DNA from: an uncultured Phycisphaerales bacterium
Lineage (GTDB): Bacteria; Planctomycetota; Phycisphaerae; Tepidisphaerales; Tepidisphaeraceae
Direction: 5' to 3'
Assembly: GCA_963844715.1 (NCBI GenBank)
Contig: CAWJPJ010000008.1
Location: 32,001 to 96,000, forward strand
DNA length: 64,000 nucleotides
Shown: positions 31,698 to 42,308 of the stretch, one piece after another
How positions within the stretch are numbered: the stretch's first letter is position 1
How the letters are laid out: every line of letters starts with the position of its first letter
The notes under the pieces: generated by a model
The model's input: the letters and a program-made list of their open reading frames with translations, nothing else
What the model was told of the DNA's origin: nothing
Databases searched by the model: none
Program-made: the position numbers and the translations under genes

Positions 31698-32606
31698 CTA
31701 CGCCAGCAGCACAACCTTCCCACCCAACCCCGCTTCAATCGCGGCATGAGCCGCCGCGGCTTCCTTGAGGGGGAGCTTTCGGCTGATGGGAATTGTCAAT
31801 TTGCCATCCCGCACCGCCTCGCCCATGAGGAGCAGCGTGGCGGCATCAGGATGCGACTTAAATGCAACAGCTTTGACCGATGGGAATTCCCTGGCGTTTG
31901 CCGGAGGAGCCACCGTCGAGACGAAGACGCCGCCATTTCTCACTTTGCCCAGCAACTTCTCGGCCGTCTTCCCGGCGATCGTATCCGCCACCGCGTCGAG
32001 GGAAGGCAATTTCGCTATTGCCGCATCATCGTCAATCGCCACAACGGAATCCGCGCCCAGGCTCGCCGCGGCGTCGAGCTGTTTTCCACGCACGCCAACG
32101 ATCACGGTCGCGCCGCGATCCTTGGCCGCGAATACCGCCGATCGGCCTACGCTCCCGAGAGCGCCCGTAACCAGCACAGTTTGCCCGGCTTTGATCCCCG
32201 CCCCCTCAACAACAAGCTGATATCCCGTGGTCACAACCACCGGCAGCGCCGCGGCCTCCGCCAGATCCAAGCCATCCGGCACGCGCGCCAGCCAGGAGGC
32301 CTTCACAGCGCATAATTCAGCATAAGTGTGATCGGTCAGCGCGAAGACCTTATCCCCGACTTTCCAACCTTGGACCCCGGCCCCGAGTTTTTCAACCGTC
32401 CCCGCGACGTCGTATCCAAGAATGCCGGGGAAGTGAATCGGAGCAAAAGACTTGAGCGCACCCGAACGTCGCTTAAGGTCGATGGGGTTTATGCCCGCGG
32501 CGACAACCCGCACCAGCACTTCGCCGGAATTGGCAACCGCATCGGCGTAATCTTCGAATCGCAAAACATCTGGGCTCCCATACTCATAGACCACAATCGC
32601 TTTCAT
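31698..32606 (-). CDS. NADP-dependent quinone oxidoreductase-like (MDR family)
   Basis: INPIDLK, ILGYDVAG, VLVTGALGSVG, GKVVL. Confidence 0.88.
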   Translation of the reverse strand: MKAIVVYEYGSPDVLRFEDYADAVANSGEVLVRVVAAGINPIDLKRRSGALKSFAPIHFPGILGYDVAGTVEKLGAGVQGWKVGDKVFALTDHTYAELCAVKASWLARVPDGLDLAEAAALPVVVTTGYQLVVEGAGIKAGQTVLVTGALGSVGRSAVFAAKDRGATVIVGVRGKQLDAAASLGADSVVAIDDDAAIAKLPSLDAVADTIAGKTAEKLLGKVRNGGVFVSTVAPPANAREFPSVKAVAFKSHPDAATLLLMGEAVRDGKLTIPISRKLPLKEAAAAHAAIEAGLGGKVVLLA

Positions 32607-32897
32607 AGTCGCTCCTTGGCCTGACCCGAGCCGCTAGGTCGAGTGGCGATGACCTCTGGCACGCTTTCTCGCCGCTGATTCATAGCGCGTGGGAGTATAG
32701 GCAACGATTTCAGCGTTGATCAGTATGGATCGTGTGACGCAGCTGGTTTTTCCCTAGCCTTCGCGTCCGGAGCCCGATGGCTGTGGGGATTGTCTTCGCG
32801 GTCCACCTTCAGTTCCGGCACGGTCAACCGCGGAGAAGCGAAGGACGCGAAGAAATGCATGAAATTTCGGAAAAGGCGGACGCGGGGTCCCGCGCGA

Positions 32898-33480
32898 TTA
32901 TCGAGAAGGCACCGACGCCCCCATGCGATCCAAAAGCGCGGCCAGCGTGACCGCGCTCGCGGATTTGATGCGAATCTCAAAAAGAGAATTCGCCGAGATA
33001 TGCGGTTCGAGTTTGAATCCCGTCCCGTAAAGCTCCCCCGCGACGGCTTCAAAATCAGCCTTCACCGCCGCAAGGGTCTGCTCATTAGCCGGTGCATTCA
33101 GCCGATCGTTCAGCCGAACCTGAATCTCCTCCCCCTTGAACTTAAGATCGGCGACATCTTTCTCAAGCAGGATAGACGCCTTGATCAATTCATGAATCAC
33201 CGCCCGCAGCCGGTCGCGAAAATCCCCCGGCAGCGGCGTCTTCCGCCAGTAACTCAGCCCAAGCCGATTCCCCTCGCGGTCCATATGGAAATTCGCCTGG
33301 GAGCTGACCAGCACCGTTCCCGGCCCGGCAACCACGTGCGCCGTAATCCGCCACGTCGATCAGCAGGTGATTCTCGATCGCCTGGTTCTGAATCCACTTA
33401 TGAAACACCGGCACGAATCGATCGTGAGGGAACTGATCGTCGGCCGCGAATATCTTTGCTGAAATCTTAAACGCGTCCAT
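32898..33480 (-). CDS. Hypothetical protein downstream of the sulfite/nitrite reductase (frameshift near 33340)
   Basis: FVPVFHKWIQ...LLIDVADY|HVVAGPGTVLV...NDRLNAP; starts 3 bp after the reductase stop. Confidence 0.7.
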
Positions 33481-33483
33481 GGG

Positions 33484-35743
33484 TCACTTCGCCGCCACGG
33501 CCTGGGCCTTCTGCGCCTGATATTTCGCGTCGCACTTGTGTGCCGCGTCGATGAAAAGATTCGCTTCCTCAACCAGCTTGTGGGCCGTGTCGGCGGTGTA
33601 GCGCGTGTCCGGGGATTCGTGCCGGGCCAGCAAATAATTGGCGAACTGCCCATGATGATAGGTGTCCCAAAAAAGCTTGGTCTCGACGAATCGCTTGCGG
33701 AATTCCTCGACGATTTTGTCCGGCTCATTCGGCACGTCCAGATATTCAAGCTGCACCAGCGTCTTGGCCGCCGTGAGCATCGCCTGATACGCCTTTTCAT
33801 CCGCCGCCCGAAATTGATTCGCGTCCAAAAGAAGCTGCGCCTCGAACGCCTCGCTCTCGGCCTGCGTGAATCCGAACTGCGACAGCGAGACGATTTCCCC
33901 CGCGCATTCGCCCACGCCCATGTCGCCGATGGTGAATTCGCGCGGGTCGCCCCAATCACTGTAAAACGACGCGTCGACGTTATGAGCCGGCACGGCCGTG
34001 AATTGATCGACGATCTCCTTCAGCGCCTTCTTCCCGATCCGCTGGCAGAACTGCTGGAACGTCTCGTTCCCCTGACGCTCGGCGACATAGCGGCCCGTCA
34101 GGGCGTCAATCAGTTCGGGAACACGATGCGAGGGAACCGAGCCCATCGCCAGCGCGTAGCTCCCGCCATTTTTATTCCACATCCCGCCGAGCATGACCTG
34201 GAAATGCGGCACGGTGTATCCGCCGATGTTGCGGCTATTCCCGTAGAACCCGATGTCGGCAACGTGGTGCTGCCCGCAAGAATTGAAGCACCCGGAAACT
34301 TTGATGCGAAGATTCCGGATCGCCTGATCGAGCCTCGCGCTTTTGGCAGCCAGGCGCGTGCGCAACTCGCCCGCAAGCCCGCGCGACGAAGCAATCCCCA
34401 ATTTGCACGTATCCGTCCCCGGGCAGGCGGTGACGTCCACGATCGTTCCCGCGCCGCTGTCGCCCAGGCCCAGGGCCCGCAATTCGTTATACAGATCGAC
34501 CAATTTCCCGTGCGGGATCCATCGGAAGACCAGATTCTGCTCCACCGTTGTCCGCGCGTTTCCGCCGGCGTAGCGCGCGGAAATGTCCGCCAGCGCCCGC
34601 ATCTGATCCGAAGACAAATCGCCCAGCGGACAAGTGACGGTCACCACGGCGTAGCCGCTTTGGCGCTGCGGATAAACATTGGTCGCTTGCCACGCGTCAA
34701 ATCCCTCCGGCCGCCGCGCCCCGTTCAGTTGAACCGCCTGAAGTGACGGTGTTTCATTCCATTTGGGGATGCGATCGAAATGTTCTTTCCAAGTCGGATC
34801 ATCCGGCATAGTGCGGCGTTCCTCCTGCACAAGCCGGCGAAATTCGTCGATGCCCAGTTTCTGCACCAGGAATTTGATTCGGGCCCGATTGCGATTTTTC
34901 TTTTCCCCCAGCCGCGCGTAAACCCGCCCGATGGCGCACGAGAGCGGAAGAAGTTCTTCTTCGGGGACGAATTCATCCAGCAACTTTGCTTGATAAGGCA
35001 CATGCCCCAGGCCGCCCCCGACGAAGAGTTTGAATCCGCGAACGGTCTTGCCGTTAATTTGTTTGGTAGCGGCAATGCCGCCGAGGTCATGCATGCTGAC
35101 CAGCGCGCACGCCTGCTCTTCGCATCCCGAAAGCGCAATTTTGAATTTTCGCCCGAAGTCCTGAATGTCGCGATGCCCCAGCAGATAAAACGCCAGCGCC
35201 TTGGCGTAAGGGGTGACATCAAACGCCTCAGTATGGCAAACGCCCGCCAGGGGGCAGGCGGTGACGTTGCGCACGGAATTCCCGCAAGCCTCGCGCGTGG
35301 TGATACCCACGGCTGCCAGACGCCGAAAAACATCCGGCATGTCGTCGATATGCACGAAATGCAGTTGGATGTCCTGGCGAGTCGTGATGTGGCTGATGCC
35401 GTCGGAATATTCCTCCGCCAGCACCGCCAGGACGATCATCTGCTCGGGATTCACGCCGCCAAACGGAATCTTGATCCGAAGCATTCCCGGCGCGTCCCAA
35501 AACGTCTCAGGCCCTTTGGTCAGCGGGGGGTAAGCGAGCTTCTGAGTCTTCGATCCATCGTGCCGCTGCCCGTTGTCGTAGCGCTGCCCATACGCCCCGC
35601 GGCGAAGGCGCAGTCTCGGCAAAGACTTTTTCATCCACCTTCCCCTGCTTGCGAAGGGCAATCTGAGCCTCGAAAAGATCAATCTCGCCGCCCCAGTCAG
35701 CAGGGACGCGGCTTCCAAGCTTCGTTTTCCAATCGGTTGTCAT
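33484..35743 (-). CDS. Siroheme/[4Fe-4S] nitrite/sulfite reductase with C-terminal extension (frameshift near 35615)
   Basis: RLRRGAYGQR, HITTRQDIQLH, CPGTDTCKLG...SGCFNSCGQH cofactor motif. Confidence 0.9.
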
Positions 35744-35805
35744 GATGTAAGGGGTCAGAAGGTAGCAAAAGGTAACACTTCTGCAAACCAAAAGCTTATT
35801 CCTAG

Positions 35806-35828
35806 TAACCTATAGATTAATAGGGAAT
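35806..35828. promoter_or_regulatory. Palindromic operator upstream of the reductase (Rrf2/CymR-like shape)
   Basis: CCTAT-AGATTA-ATAGG inverted repeat in AT-rich context; regulator family is an inference. Confidence 0.4.
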
Positions 35829-36290
35829 TGGTGTCAAGTACGGCTTTGCCCGAATAACCCGCTTAACGAATTTCCGGGCAGACGCCGGACTTTTCGGGCA
35901 ACATTTTCGAAATCCATCAATTTTTGGCTGTTAAGACAAACCGGGCAGTTCTAAGCTGAATCGACCATGTACGAACGACCCTATTTCGATCCGAGCGCGG
36001 GCAGGCCGGGTCTGCCGAGAATCATTGTGAATGAGGATCGGGCAGAAGGTGTGCTCGAACGGCTCCGCACTGAGCGACAGCCCGGCAAAATCGTTGACCG
36101 CCTCCCCCTGGTGTCATTTAAGGGGGGGACCGCCGACGGCTATTTCGATTATCAATGTAACCGGCGCTTGGGACGAGGACGTCAAGGCATTCGTTGACCG
36201 CTACCCCGCCAGCCCGAATTGCGGCTGAATCCCAAGTTCATAAATCGACTGGATCGCCACACAGATGTTGTGGGCCAGTAGGGCGTTTTT

Positions 36291-36368
36291 GTGATCACCG
36301 CGTATGATCTGCACGGCAAGCCGCTGAAGGCGCTGCGCCGCCGCATGAAAAAGCGAGGTTTATCATGA
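36291..36368 (+). pseudogene. C-terminal remnant of a toxin-like gene
   Basis: VITAYDLHGKPLKALRRRMKKRGLS* overlaps the next start by ATGA; no intact N-terminus visible. Confidence 0.45.
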
Positions 36369-36607
36369 AGAAATCCGCCAAGGCCGCCAACCGTCACACC
36401 CGGACCAAGAGAGATCCCAACCGCTATCCCAAGGGTTTGAACCGCCGTAAGGTGGCGGCGATCATCGCCCATTATGAAAACCAGACGGAAGGCGAGGCCG
36501 CTGCTGAGGACGAGGCGGCTTACCACAGCAACGCGGTGACGATGATGGGGGTCCCCGTCGAACTGGTTTCCAAGGTTCAGAAGCTCATCACCAAGCGATC
36601 CGGGTAG
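36365..36607 (+). CDS. Small antitoxin-like hypothetical protein
   Basis: RYPKGL...IIAHYENQTEGEAAAEDEA...VPVELV, resembling small TA-associated proteins. Confidence 0.6.
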   Translation: MKKSAKAANRHTRTKRDPNRYPKGLNRRKVAAIIAHYENQTEGEAAAEDEAAYHSNAVTMMGVPVELVSKVQKLITKRSG

Positions 36608-36619
36608 GGAAGATAGCCC

Positions 36620-36953
36620 GGAAATTCGAATTGAAATCGGAGCCCGCGACCGCCCGGCGAAGTCCGCAGTAGGCGCCCGGAAGGGCAAGAAAGGACTCGG
36701 CGCGATTGGTGTGCGATTCCAACCCCAAGCGCCCATCGATCCCGCTGGATATTGAATTCCAGACGGCCGAGGTCGCGACGGGCCCACGTTCAAGAGCCAA
36801 TGGAAGGCCACCCGCGGTAATGGGAAGAAGGCGAAAGTGGCGCCAACCATGCTGGCCAAAAAGCTGCATGGGGCCAGCATATATAAGGTTGCCGTGCGCA
36901 TGGTGGATGTGTTCGACAACGAGGCGGTGGGCAACGTGGTTGTCGAGACGTGA
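36620..36953 (+). pseudogene. Remnant of a site-specific DNA methyltransferase C-terminal domain
   Basis: Joined frames read TFKSQWKATRG...YKVAVRMVDVFDNE...VVET*, like the 'Y.IAVKV.D.FGND' end of Mod-like adenine MTases. Confidence 0.5.
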
Positions 36954-36963
36954 CAGGGGCGTT

Positions 36964-37440
36964 CTACTCCCCGTCGTCTTCTTCCTCAGCCGGCGGCGCA
37001 GTCACTTTCACCCTCTTCGGCGGCCGCCGTTTCGGACCCTGCGAGCGGATGATGGCTCGCCAGAAAACCCCCGTCTCCAAAGAAGTCCCCGACAATTTGC
37101 TGAATTCCTTATGCACGGCCTCGAACTCATCCCCGTAGGGCAATACCTTGCCGCCTTTGGCGTGGCGAGGCAGAAGATCCTTCAATTGCTTGAGCTGCTC
37201 GTCGCTGAGCGGCACTTCCTGCACGGGTTGGGCCGGATGGCTGCCGCTGCGAACATATTTAAGAAGAGCGGCAAAAACCTGCTCGGGATGGGCGTTTTTG
37301 AACGTGCGGTCCTGGAACCCCTGGCAGATGTCGTCGAAGAACGTGGTATACGGCAATTCCTCTCGCGGGACGGCCGCCGCGTTGTACAACTCCTGGAGAT
37401 GTTCCTGATCAATAGCGCTCAATTTGATAGGCGGACGCAT
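36964..37440 (-). CDS. Hypothetical protein with an internal duplicated LPY..F module
   Basis: SD AGGAG; EELPYTTFFDDI and KVLPYGDEFEAV in two halves; basic then acidic tail. Confidence 0.7.
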   Translation of the reverse strand: MRPPIKLSAIDQEHLQELYNAAAVPREELPYTTFFDDICQGFQDRTFKNAHPEQVFAALLKYVRSGSHPAQPVQEVPLSDEQLKQLKDLLPRHAKGGKVLPYGDEFEAVHKEFSKLSGTSLETGVFWRAIIRSQGPKRRPPKRVKVTAPPAEEEDDGE

Positions 37441-37518
37441 GGAGGCTCCTTCGCACGTGCGTTTGTGAGTAAACAATTGTAAGGTGCCGGACCGGCACCT
37501 GTCCATGCACGGCCTAAC

Positions 37519-38156
37519 ATGAAATCCAAACCCTCCTGGTCGCGAGCCGAAAAGCATCTGCGTTCCGATCCGGTTCTGCGCCGGATTCGCGCCTCGATCG
37601 GCCCGTGCCGGCTGTTTCCCCAGCGAGACCATTTCGTCCTTCTTTGCCGGGCGATTTACTCCCAGCAGATCTCGTCGAAGGTCGCCAAAGTGCTGTTTGC
37701 GAGGTTTTGCGCCTGTTTTCCGCGCAAACGCCCCACGCCCACGCGCGTTTTGAAATTGCTGACCGGGAAGGAACTGCCGGAAAAGATCGGGCTGTCCCGG
37801 CAGAAACGAAAGTATCTGATCGACCTGGCCAAACACTTCATCGACGGACGAATCCCCAAAAAACTCTCGAGCAAAACCGATGAGGAGATTATCGAAGCCC
37901 TGACCGCCGTGAACGGCATCGGACAATGGACGGCTGAGATGTTCCTCATCTTCGTCCTGAATCGCCCCGACGTCTGGCCCATCGGCGACCTCGGCCTTGC
38001 GCCGCGGTTCAGCGCCATTTCAAATTGCCCAACCACCCCACGCCCAAGGTAATGACCGAACTGGCCGAGGCGTGGCGCCCGCACCGTACCGTCGCCGCCT
38101 GGTACCTCTGGCGAGCCGTGGATGGGGACGGGGATGAATGGAATAAAGAGGGGTGA
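37519..38156 (+). CDS. DNA-3-methyladenine glycosylase II (AlkA/HhH-GPD family; frameshift near 38000)
   Basis: RAIYSQQIS, LTAVNGIGQWTAEMFLIF.L.RPDVWP.GDLGL, then WRPHRTVAAWYLW in another frame. Confidence 0.88.
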
Positions 38157-38218
38157 TCCGTCCTACGGGGCGAATCGAATCAGATCGCTGTTACAGCATC
38201 GCTTCACTCAAAAACATA

Positions 38219-38346
38219 GGCACAGAGATCACAGAGCACACAGAGGGCACAGAGGAAGACCAGTCAAAAAATTAAAACCCGATTTCGCTTTTTCCCTATC
38301 GATTTTTCTTCTCCGTGCCCTCTGTGATCTCTGTGTCCTCTGTGCC
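38219..38346. repeat. REP-like inverted array of CACAGAG units
   Basis: Four CACAGAG units (38221-38255) mirrored by CTCTGTG units (38311-38346). Confidence 0.8.
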
Positions 38347-38456
38347 AATGCTTTCAGAGAATGGCACGAAGCCGGCATCGGTTGGACATTGAATTTGTTG
38401 ACACGGATGGTCGATATAGGTCATAATGAATTCGTAACGAATTAATGAGGCAAGCC

Positions 38457-38773
38457 ATGATTTCAACTCGGCACACCCAATCCCTGACCGACTTCCGCCA
38501 AAAAGCGACCGAAACGCTCGATCGGCTGAATAAGACCGGCGAAGCGGAAATCCTGACCGTGAACGGCGAAGCCCGCGCGGTGCTCGTGGCCCCGGCGGTT
38601 TATGACGAACTGGCTAAGGAGGCCCTGCTTGCTCGCGACGTCGCGGTCATGCGCCAGTCGATGCGGGAAATCGATGAGGGTAAAGGCGCCGAAGCCGGCG
38701 AATTCTTCGACGGTCTCAGGGGCGACTTTTGGCAATGAAGAAAACTCGACGAAAAAAGAGCGACGCCAGGTGA
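38457..38773 (+). CDS. Phd/YefM-family antitoxin (late frameshift)
   Basis: SLTDFRQKA...ILTVNGEARAVLV...YDEL; GTGA overlap with the next gene. Confidence 0.8.
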
Positions 38774-39082
38774 AGCGGCTGACTGTGATCATTGCGGCCA
38801 AGGTGCAAGTCAAATCGACGCGCAGGTGCTGCAAATTGCCATGGACTCGGTCGAAAACGCTCTGAAGTGGGAGGGGCGGTTACGCACGCGATCAAGGGTA
38901 TTGGTGACATGCCAGGACACTCAATCGATGAGGATGCAACTCGCCGGCTTGGCCATCAGGTCCGCAAAAATGTTTTTGAAGGGACTTATCTGATCCACTA
39001 TTGGATCGATGACGCAGCCGGCATCGTGAGGATTATCAATTTTCGCCACGGCGCTCGCCTGCCACGGATGGGCGAGCCATAG
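38770..39082 (+). CDS. ParE/RelE-family toxin (frameshifted)
   Basis: Follows Phd; VRKNVFEGTYLIHYWIDD...VRIINFRHGAR. Confidence 0.75.
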
Positions 39083-39173
39083 CCGGGACGCATGATGTTC
39101 AGGAATGGGTAGCGGGTCGTGACACCATTTTGTTCCCCTTCGCGAGCCAACCGAATTCCGCGCAGCCTATTGG

Positions 39174-39644
39174 TTAGCCCGCGCATTCGATCCGGGTTCC
39201 GCACCACTTGAACAGTTCGTAAAACCTCTCCATGTGGTCCGGAAGTAGGTGTATCTCTCGATCAGGAGATCCATCGAGAGAGGCTCCGTCTTCATGGTGC
39301 AATTTGTTTCTGATCTCCCGATAGATTTCAAGGCCGGGACGCAACTCGCGTGGGATGTTAACGTTGTTCCTCTGCAGCCAATCGAGCAATGACACGTTCT
39401 TGTTCAGCTCAACGTCACGCCGCTTGAGATTCGCCTCTAAACAGGATTCGTACCGGCAAAAGAACGCCCATCCAAGTTCAATTAACATCGACTCAATTTG
39501 GGATCGCTTGGCAAAAGTAAAGCCATTGGCTTCGATCGGGCCTTTTCTCAGCAGCGCCGGATCCGGTAGACTCCGAATGGCAAAGACGTAGGCTGAGCGA
39601 GCATGTTCGAGATGATTTTGAAAATCGCTTGGCCGACTTTGCAT
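39174..39644 (-). CDS. Hypothetical protein with HEPN-like R-x4-H motif
   Basis: FFCRYESCLE upstream and YREIRNKLHH; visibly lower GC than flanks. Confidence 0.55.
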   Translation of the reverse strand: MQSRPSDFQNHLEHARSAYVFAIRSLPDPALLRKGPIEANGFTFAKRSQIESMLIELGWAFFCRYESCLEANLKRRDVELNKNVSLLDWLQRNNVNIPRELRPGLEIYREIRNKLHHEDGASLDGSPDREIHLLPDHMERFYELFKWCGTRIECAG

Positions 39645-39824
39645 TGGCGGCAGTCCTTCCTTGGGTTATGCGGCTACGTCGAAATCGGGGATGCCGATGC
39701 CCGGTGCGGCATGTCAAAAGAGGTTGTCTTGCCGTTTTGGTGGCGCTGAATTCTCGTCGACCTACCATGCAAAATACTTTGCGCCGGGCGGTCCAGTTCG
39801 CCAGTCCCCTCTTTGCCGGCTCCC

Positions 39825-40505
39825 TTACTTCAATTCCACAGTCCAGTAAGCCGTATCCAAAAAATGCTTCCAGCTCGAATACCGCTGATCCGCGAGCCGG
39901 ATGTTGATGACCGGGCTGCGCTTCGGCTTAACGGGTTTGCAGATCAGGTGCATGTGAGCCTGGTCCGGCGTACGCCCGCCCTTCTTCACATTGCAGCGGA
40001 CGCAGCAGCAGACAATGTTTTCCCACACGCTCCGCCCGCCCTGGCTTTTGGGGACGACGTGGTCGAGCGAGAGTTCCGTCGTCGGGGTGCGCTTGCCGCA
40101 GTATTGGCAGCGATTGCCGTCGCGGGCGTAGATATTCCGCCGATTGAATTTGACGTCCTGCCGGGGGAGCTTGTCGTAAGCCAGCAGACGGATGATGCGC
40201 GGAACGGCGATCTGGAATCGGACCGTGTGAATCCAGTCGTAGTCGTGCGGCTCGAATTCCGCCTTAAGCTGGCTGATCTCGCGCCACCCCTCAAAGTCGA
40301 AATTCTGCCAGCGGCTTTCCCCCTTGGCGCTGGTCTCAATGTGGATGACCTCGGCCATTTCTCGGCAAAGCATGGAAAAGGCCCGGCGGACGTTGACGAC
40401 GCGGATCGCCTGATAAAGACGATTCAAAACCAGTACGTTGGCGTTGAGCGCGGGGGAAGCCAAACCGCTAGAGGGCAAGGAGATGGAGGGCGTTTCGAAG
40501 TTCAT
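39825..40505 (-). CDS. HNH endonuclease (stand-alone conserved type)
   Basis: VLVLN..Y, RRNIYARDGNRCQYCG, LDHVVPKSQGG...CCCVRCNVKKG. Confidence 0.9.
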   Translation of the reverse strand: MNFETPSISLPSSGLASPALNANVLVLNRLYQAIRVVNVRRAFSMLCREMAEVIHIETSAKGESRWQNFDFEGWREISQLKAEFEPHDYDWIHTVRFQIAVPRIIRLLAYDKLPRQDVKFNRRNIYARDGNRCQYCGKRTPTTELSLDHVVPKSQGGRSVWENIVCCCVRCNVKKGGRTPDQAHMHLICKPVKPKRSPVINIRLADQRYSSWKHFLDTAYWTVELK

Positions 40506-40612
40506 AAGTTCCCAGGGAAACCGCCAGACCCATAATGTCACACTATTGTAAGTTTCGGATGAAAGATTTTCAATTTGCCGCCGGAGCACGGGAGCGGGCC
40601 TAGAATGGCTCC

Positions 40613-41473
40613 ATGCGGTGGACTCGAGGATTAATCGCATTGGCGGCGGTTCTGCTGCTGCCGCTGGTCGCGCCTGCCCAGACTGCCCAGCATGTGCATT
40701 ATCAATTCCTGGCAGACACTTCGGCGATCGCGCCCGGCAAGCCGTTTCGGCTGGGAATCAAGCTGACCATCGATCCCGGCTGGCATGTCTATTGGACCAA
40801 TCCCGGCGACGCCGGGTTGCCCACCCGTGTCACTTTCACCGCCCCCGACGGATTTACCATCGGCGACATGCAATATCCGACGCCCGTGCGCATCGAGGAC
40901 CCGGGGAATATCGTGATGTTTGGATATGAAGATTCCGTTTTGCTTTTTGCGACCGTAACGCCGCCGGCTCAGTTGCCGCAGGATTTTTCGGGGAAGTTTT
41001 CGGCATCCGTGAAATGGCTGGTTTGCCAGGATGTGTGCATCCCGGGCAAGGGTGAGGATTCGATCAATCTGCCGGCATCGGAGACGGCTGCGCCGGTTAA
41101 TACGGAGCTTTTCGACGCCGCGGCGCGGGAGGTTCCCGTGGACGCATCGCAATCGCCGGATGTGGATTCAGTGCAGAGCACCGGGGCGCCTGGACCTTCC
41201 GGATCCCCCGGGGCGATGGAATTGACGATTAACTGGAAACATTCCGCCCCGGCGAGCGTTCAATTTCTGCCGGAGATAAACGACGTGTACAACATCGGCT
41301 CCGTGAAGGTAAACTCAAATCAGAACACGACACGAATCAGCTATAGCGTGGAAACGATGGCGGGGAAAAGTTCCCTCGGCCAGGACCTTTCGGCGGTGAT
41401 CGGATTCCAAAACCCGCAAGGCGAGCGCCGCGGCGTCATCGTGGCGCTTTATAATTCCGATCACACTCGATGA
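40613..41473 (+). CDS. Periplasmic DsbD N-terminal-domain protein
   Basis: Signal peptide; GWHVYWTNPGDAG, WLVCQDVCIPG. Confidence 0.85.
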   Translation: MRWTRGLIALAAVLLLPLVAPAQTAQHVHYQFLADTSAIAPGKPFRLGIKLTIDPGWHVYWTNPGDAGLPTRVTFTAPDGFTIGDMQYPTPVRIEDPGNIVMFGYEDSVLLFATVTPPAQLPQDFSGKFSASVKWLVCQDVCIPGKGEDSINLPASETAAPVNTELFDAAAREVPVDASQSPDVDSVQSTGAPGPSGSPGAMELTINWKHSAPASVQFLPEINDVYNIGSVKVNSNQNTTRISYSVETMAGKSSLGQDLSAVIGFQNPQGERRGVIVALYNSDHTR

Positions 41474-41490
41474 CTCAATTGGAGGCTCTT

Positions 41491-42099
41491 ATGCGAAAGT
41501 TCGGCGTTCTATTTGTCATGCTGGCGACGGCCCTTGGGCTGGCCTTTTATTCATTTGCCGACGACTCATCCTCGTCCGGCGTGATGATCGGCGCTAAAGC
41601 GCCGAATTTCACGCTGCAGAATCAGAACGGCAAGAACGTCAGCCTGAGCGATTTCTCGGGCAGGATCGTGGTCCTGGAATGGACCAATCCCAATTGCCCG
41701 TTCGTTCAGAGACACTACAAGGTGAAGACCATGCAGACCCTGGCCGGCGACTATGCCGGGCGGAACGTGGCCTGGCTGGCGATCAATTCCACCAAGGACA
41801 CGACCAACGAAACGGACAAACAGTGGGCCGATGAACAGCAGATCAGCTATCCGATTCTGAACGACGTGGACACAACCGTCGGCAAGGAATATCACGCCAC
41901 CAACACCCCGGAGATGTTCATCATCGGCACCGACGGCAGCCTGCTCTACAAAGGCGCCATCGACAACGATCCGGACGGGGATCGCACCGACGGCAAAGTG
42001 AACTACGTGCAGAATGCCCTGGATGAAATCCTGGGCGGAAAAGCCGTAAGCACACCAGAAACCAAGCCATACGGCTGCGGCGTGCATTACCGCGACTGA
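41491..42099 (+). CDS. Thioredoxin-like/redoxin family protein
   Basis: VVLEWTNPNCPFV, TPEMFII, YKGAIDN, TKPYGC. Confidence 0.85.
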   Translation: MRKFGVLFVMLATALGLAFYSFADDSSSSGVMIGAKAPNFTLQNQNGKNVSLSDFSGRIVVLEWTNPNCPFVQRHYKVKTMQTLAGDYAGRNVAWLAINSTKDTTNETDKQWADEQQISYPILNDVDTTVGKEYHATNTPEMFIIGTDGSLLYKGAIDNDPDGDRTDGKVNYVQNALDEILGGKAVSTPETKPYGCGVHYRD

Positions 42100-42170
42100 A
42101 TGTGCATTAAGAGGGTTTAACCGCGAAGCCGCCCGAGTAAAATCCGAACGCGAAGCAAATCCGAAGAATA

Positions 42171-42255
42171 AAACCACGGATTTCGCGGATGGGCGCGAAT
42201 AAATTCAATTCAAGAATTTTGTCTTCATCCGTGCCATCCGCGAAATCCGTGGTTT
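42171..42255. repeat. 22-bp perfect inverted repeat (REP-like)
   Basis: AAACCACGGATTTCGCGGATGG (42171-42192) / CCATCCGCGAAATCCGTGGTTT (42234-42255), between convergent genes. Confidence 0.85.
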
Positions 42256-42308
42256 AAATCTTTTTTCTCATCTTCGCGCACTCCGCGGTAAAGAGGCCGG
42301 AGATTTCG

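Noticed and set aside
35967..36228. Short ORFs upstream of the toxin remnant
   Set aside because: No motif I can assign; possibly a degraded fragment.
38219..38346. CACAGAG repeats (also 50111) and 30760 repeats as CRISPR arrays
   Set aside because: Units are short or inverted with no unique spacers, and no cas genes are present.
39825..40505. HNH nuclease as part of a defence system with the HEPN gene
   Set aside because: It looks like the widespread stand-alone HNH type with host-like GC; linkage to the islet is unsupported.
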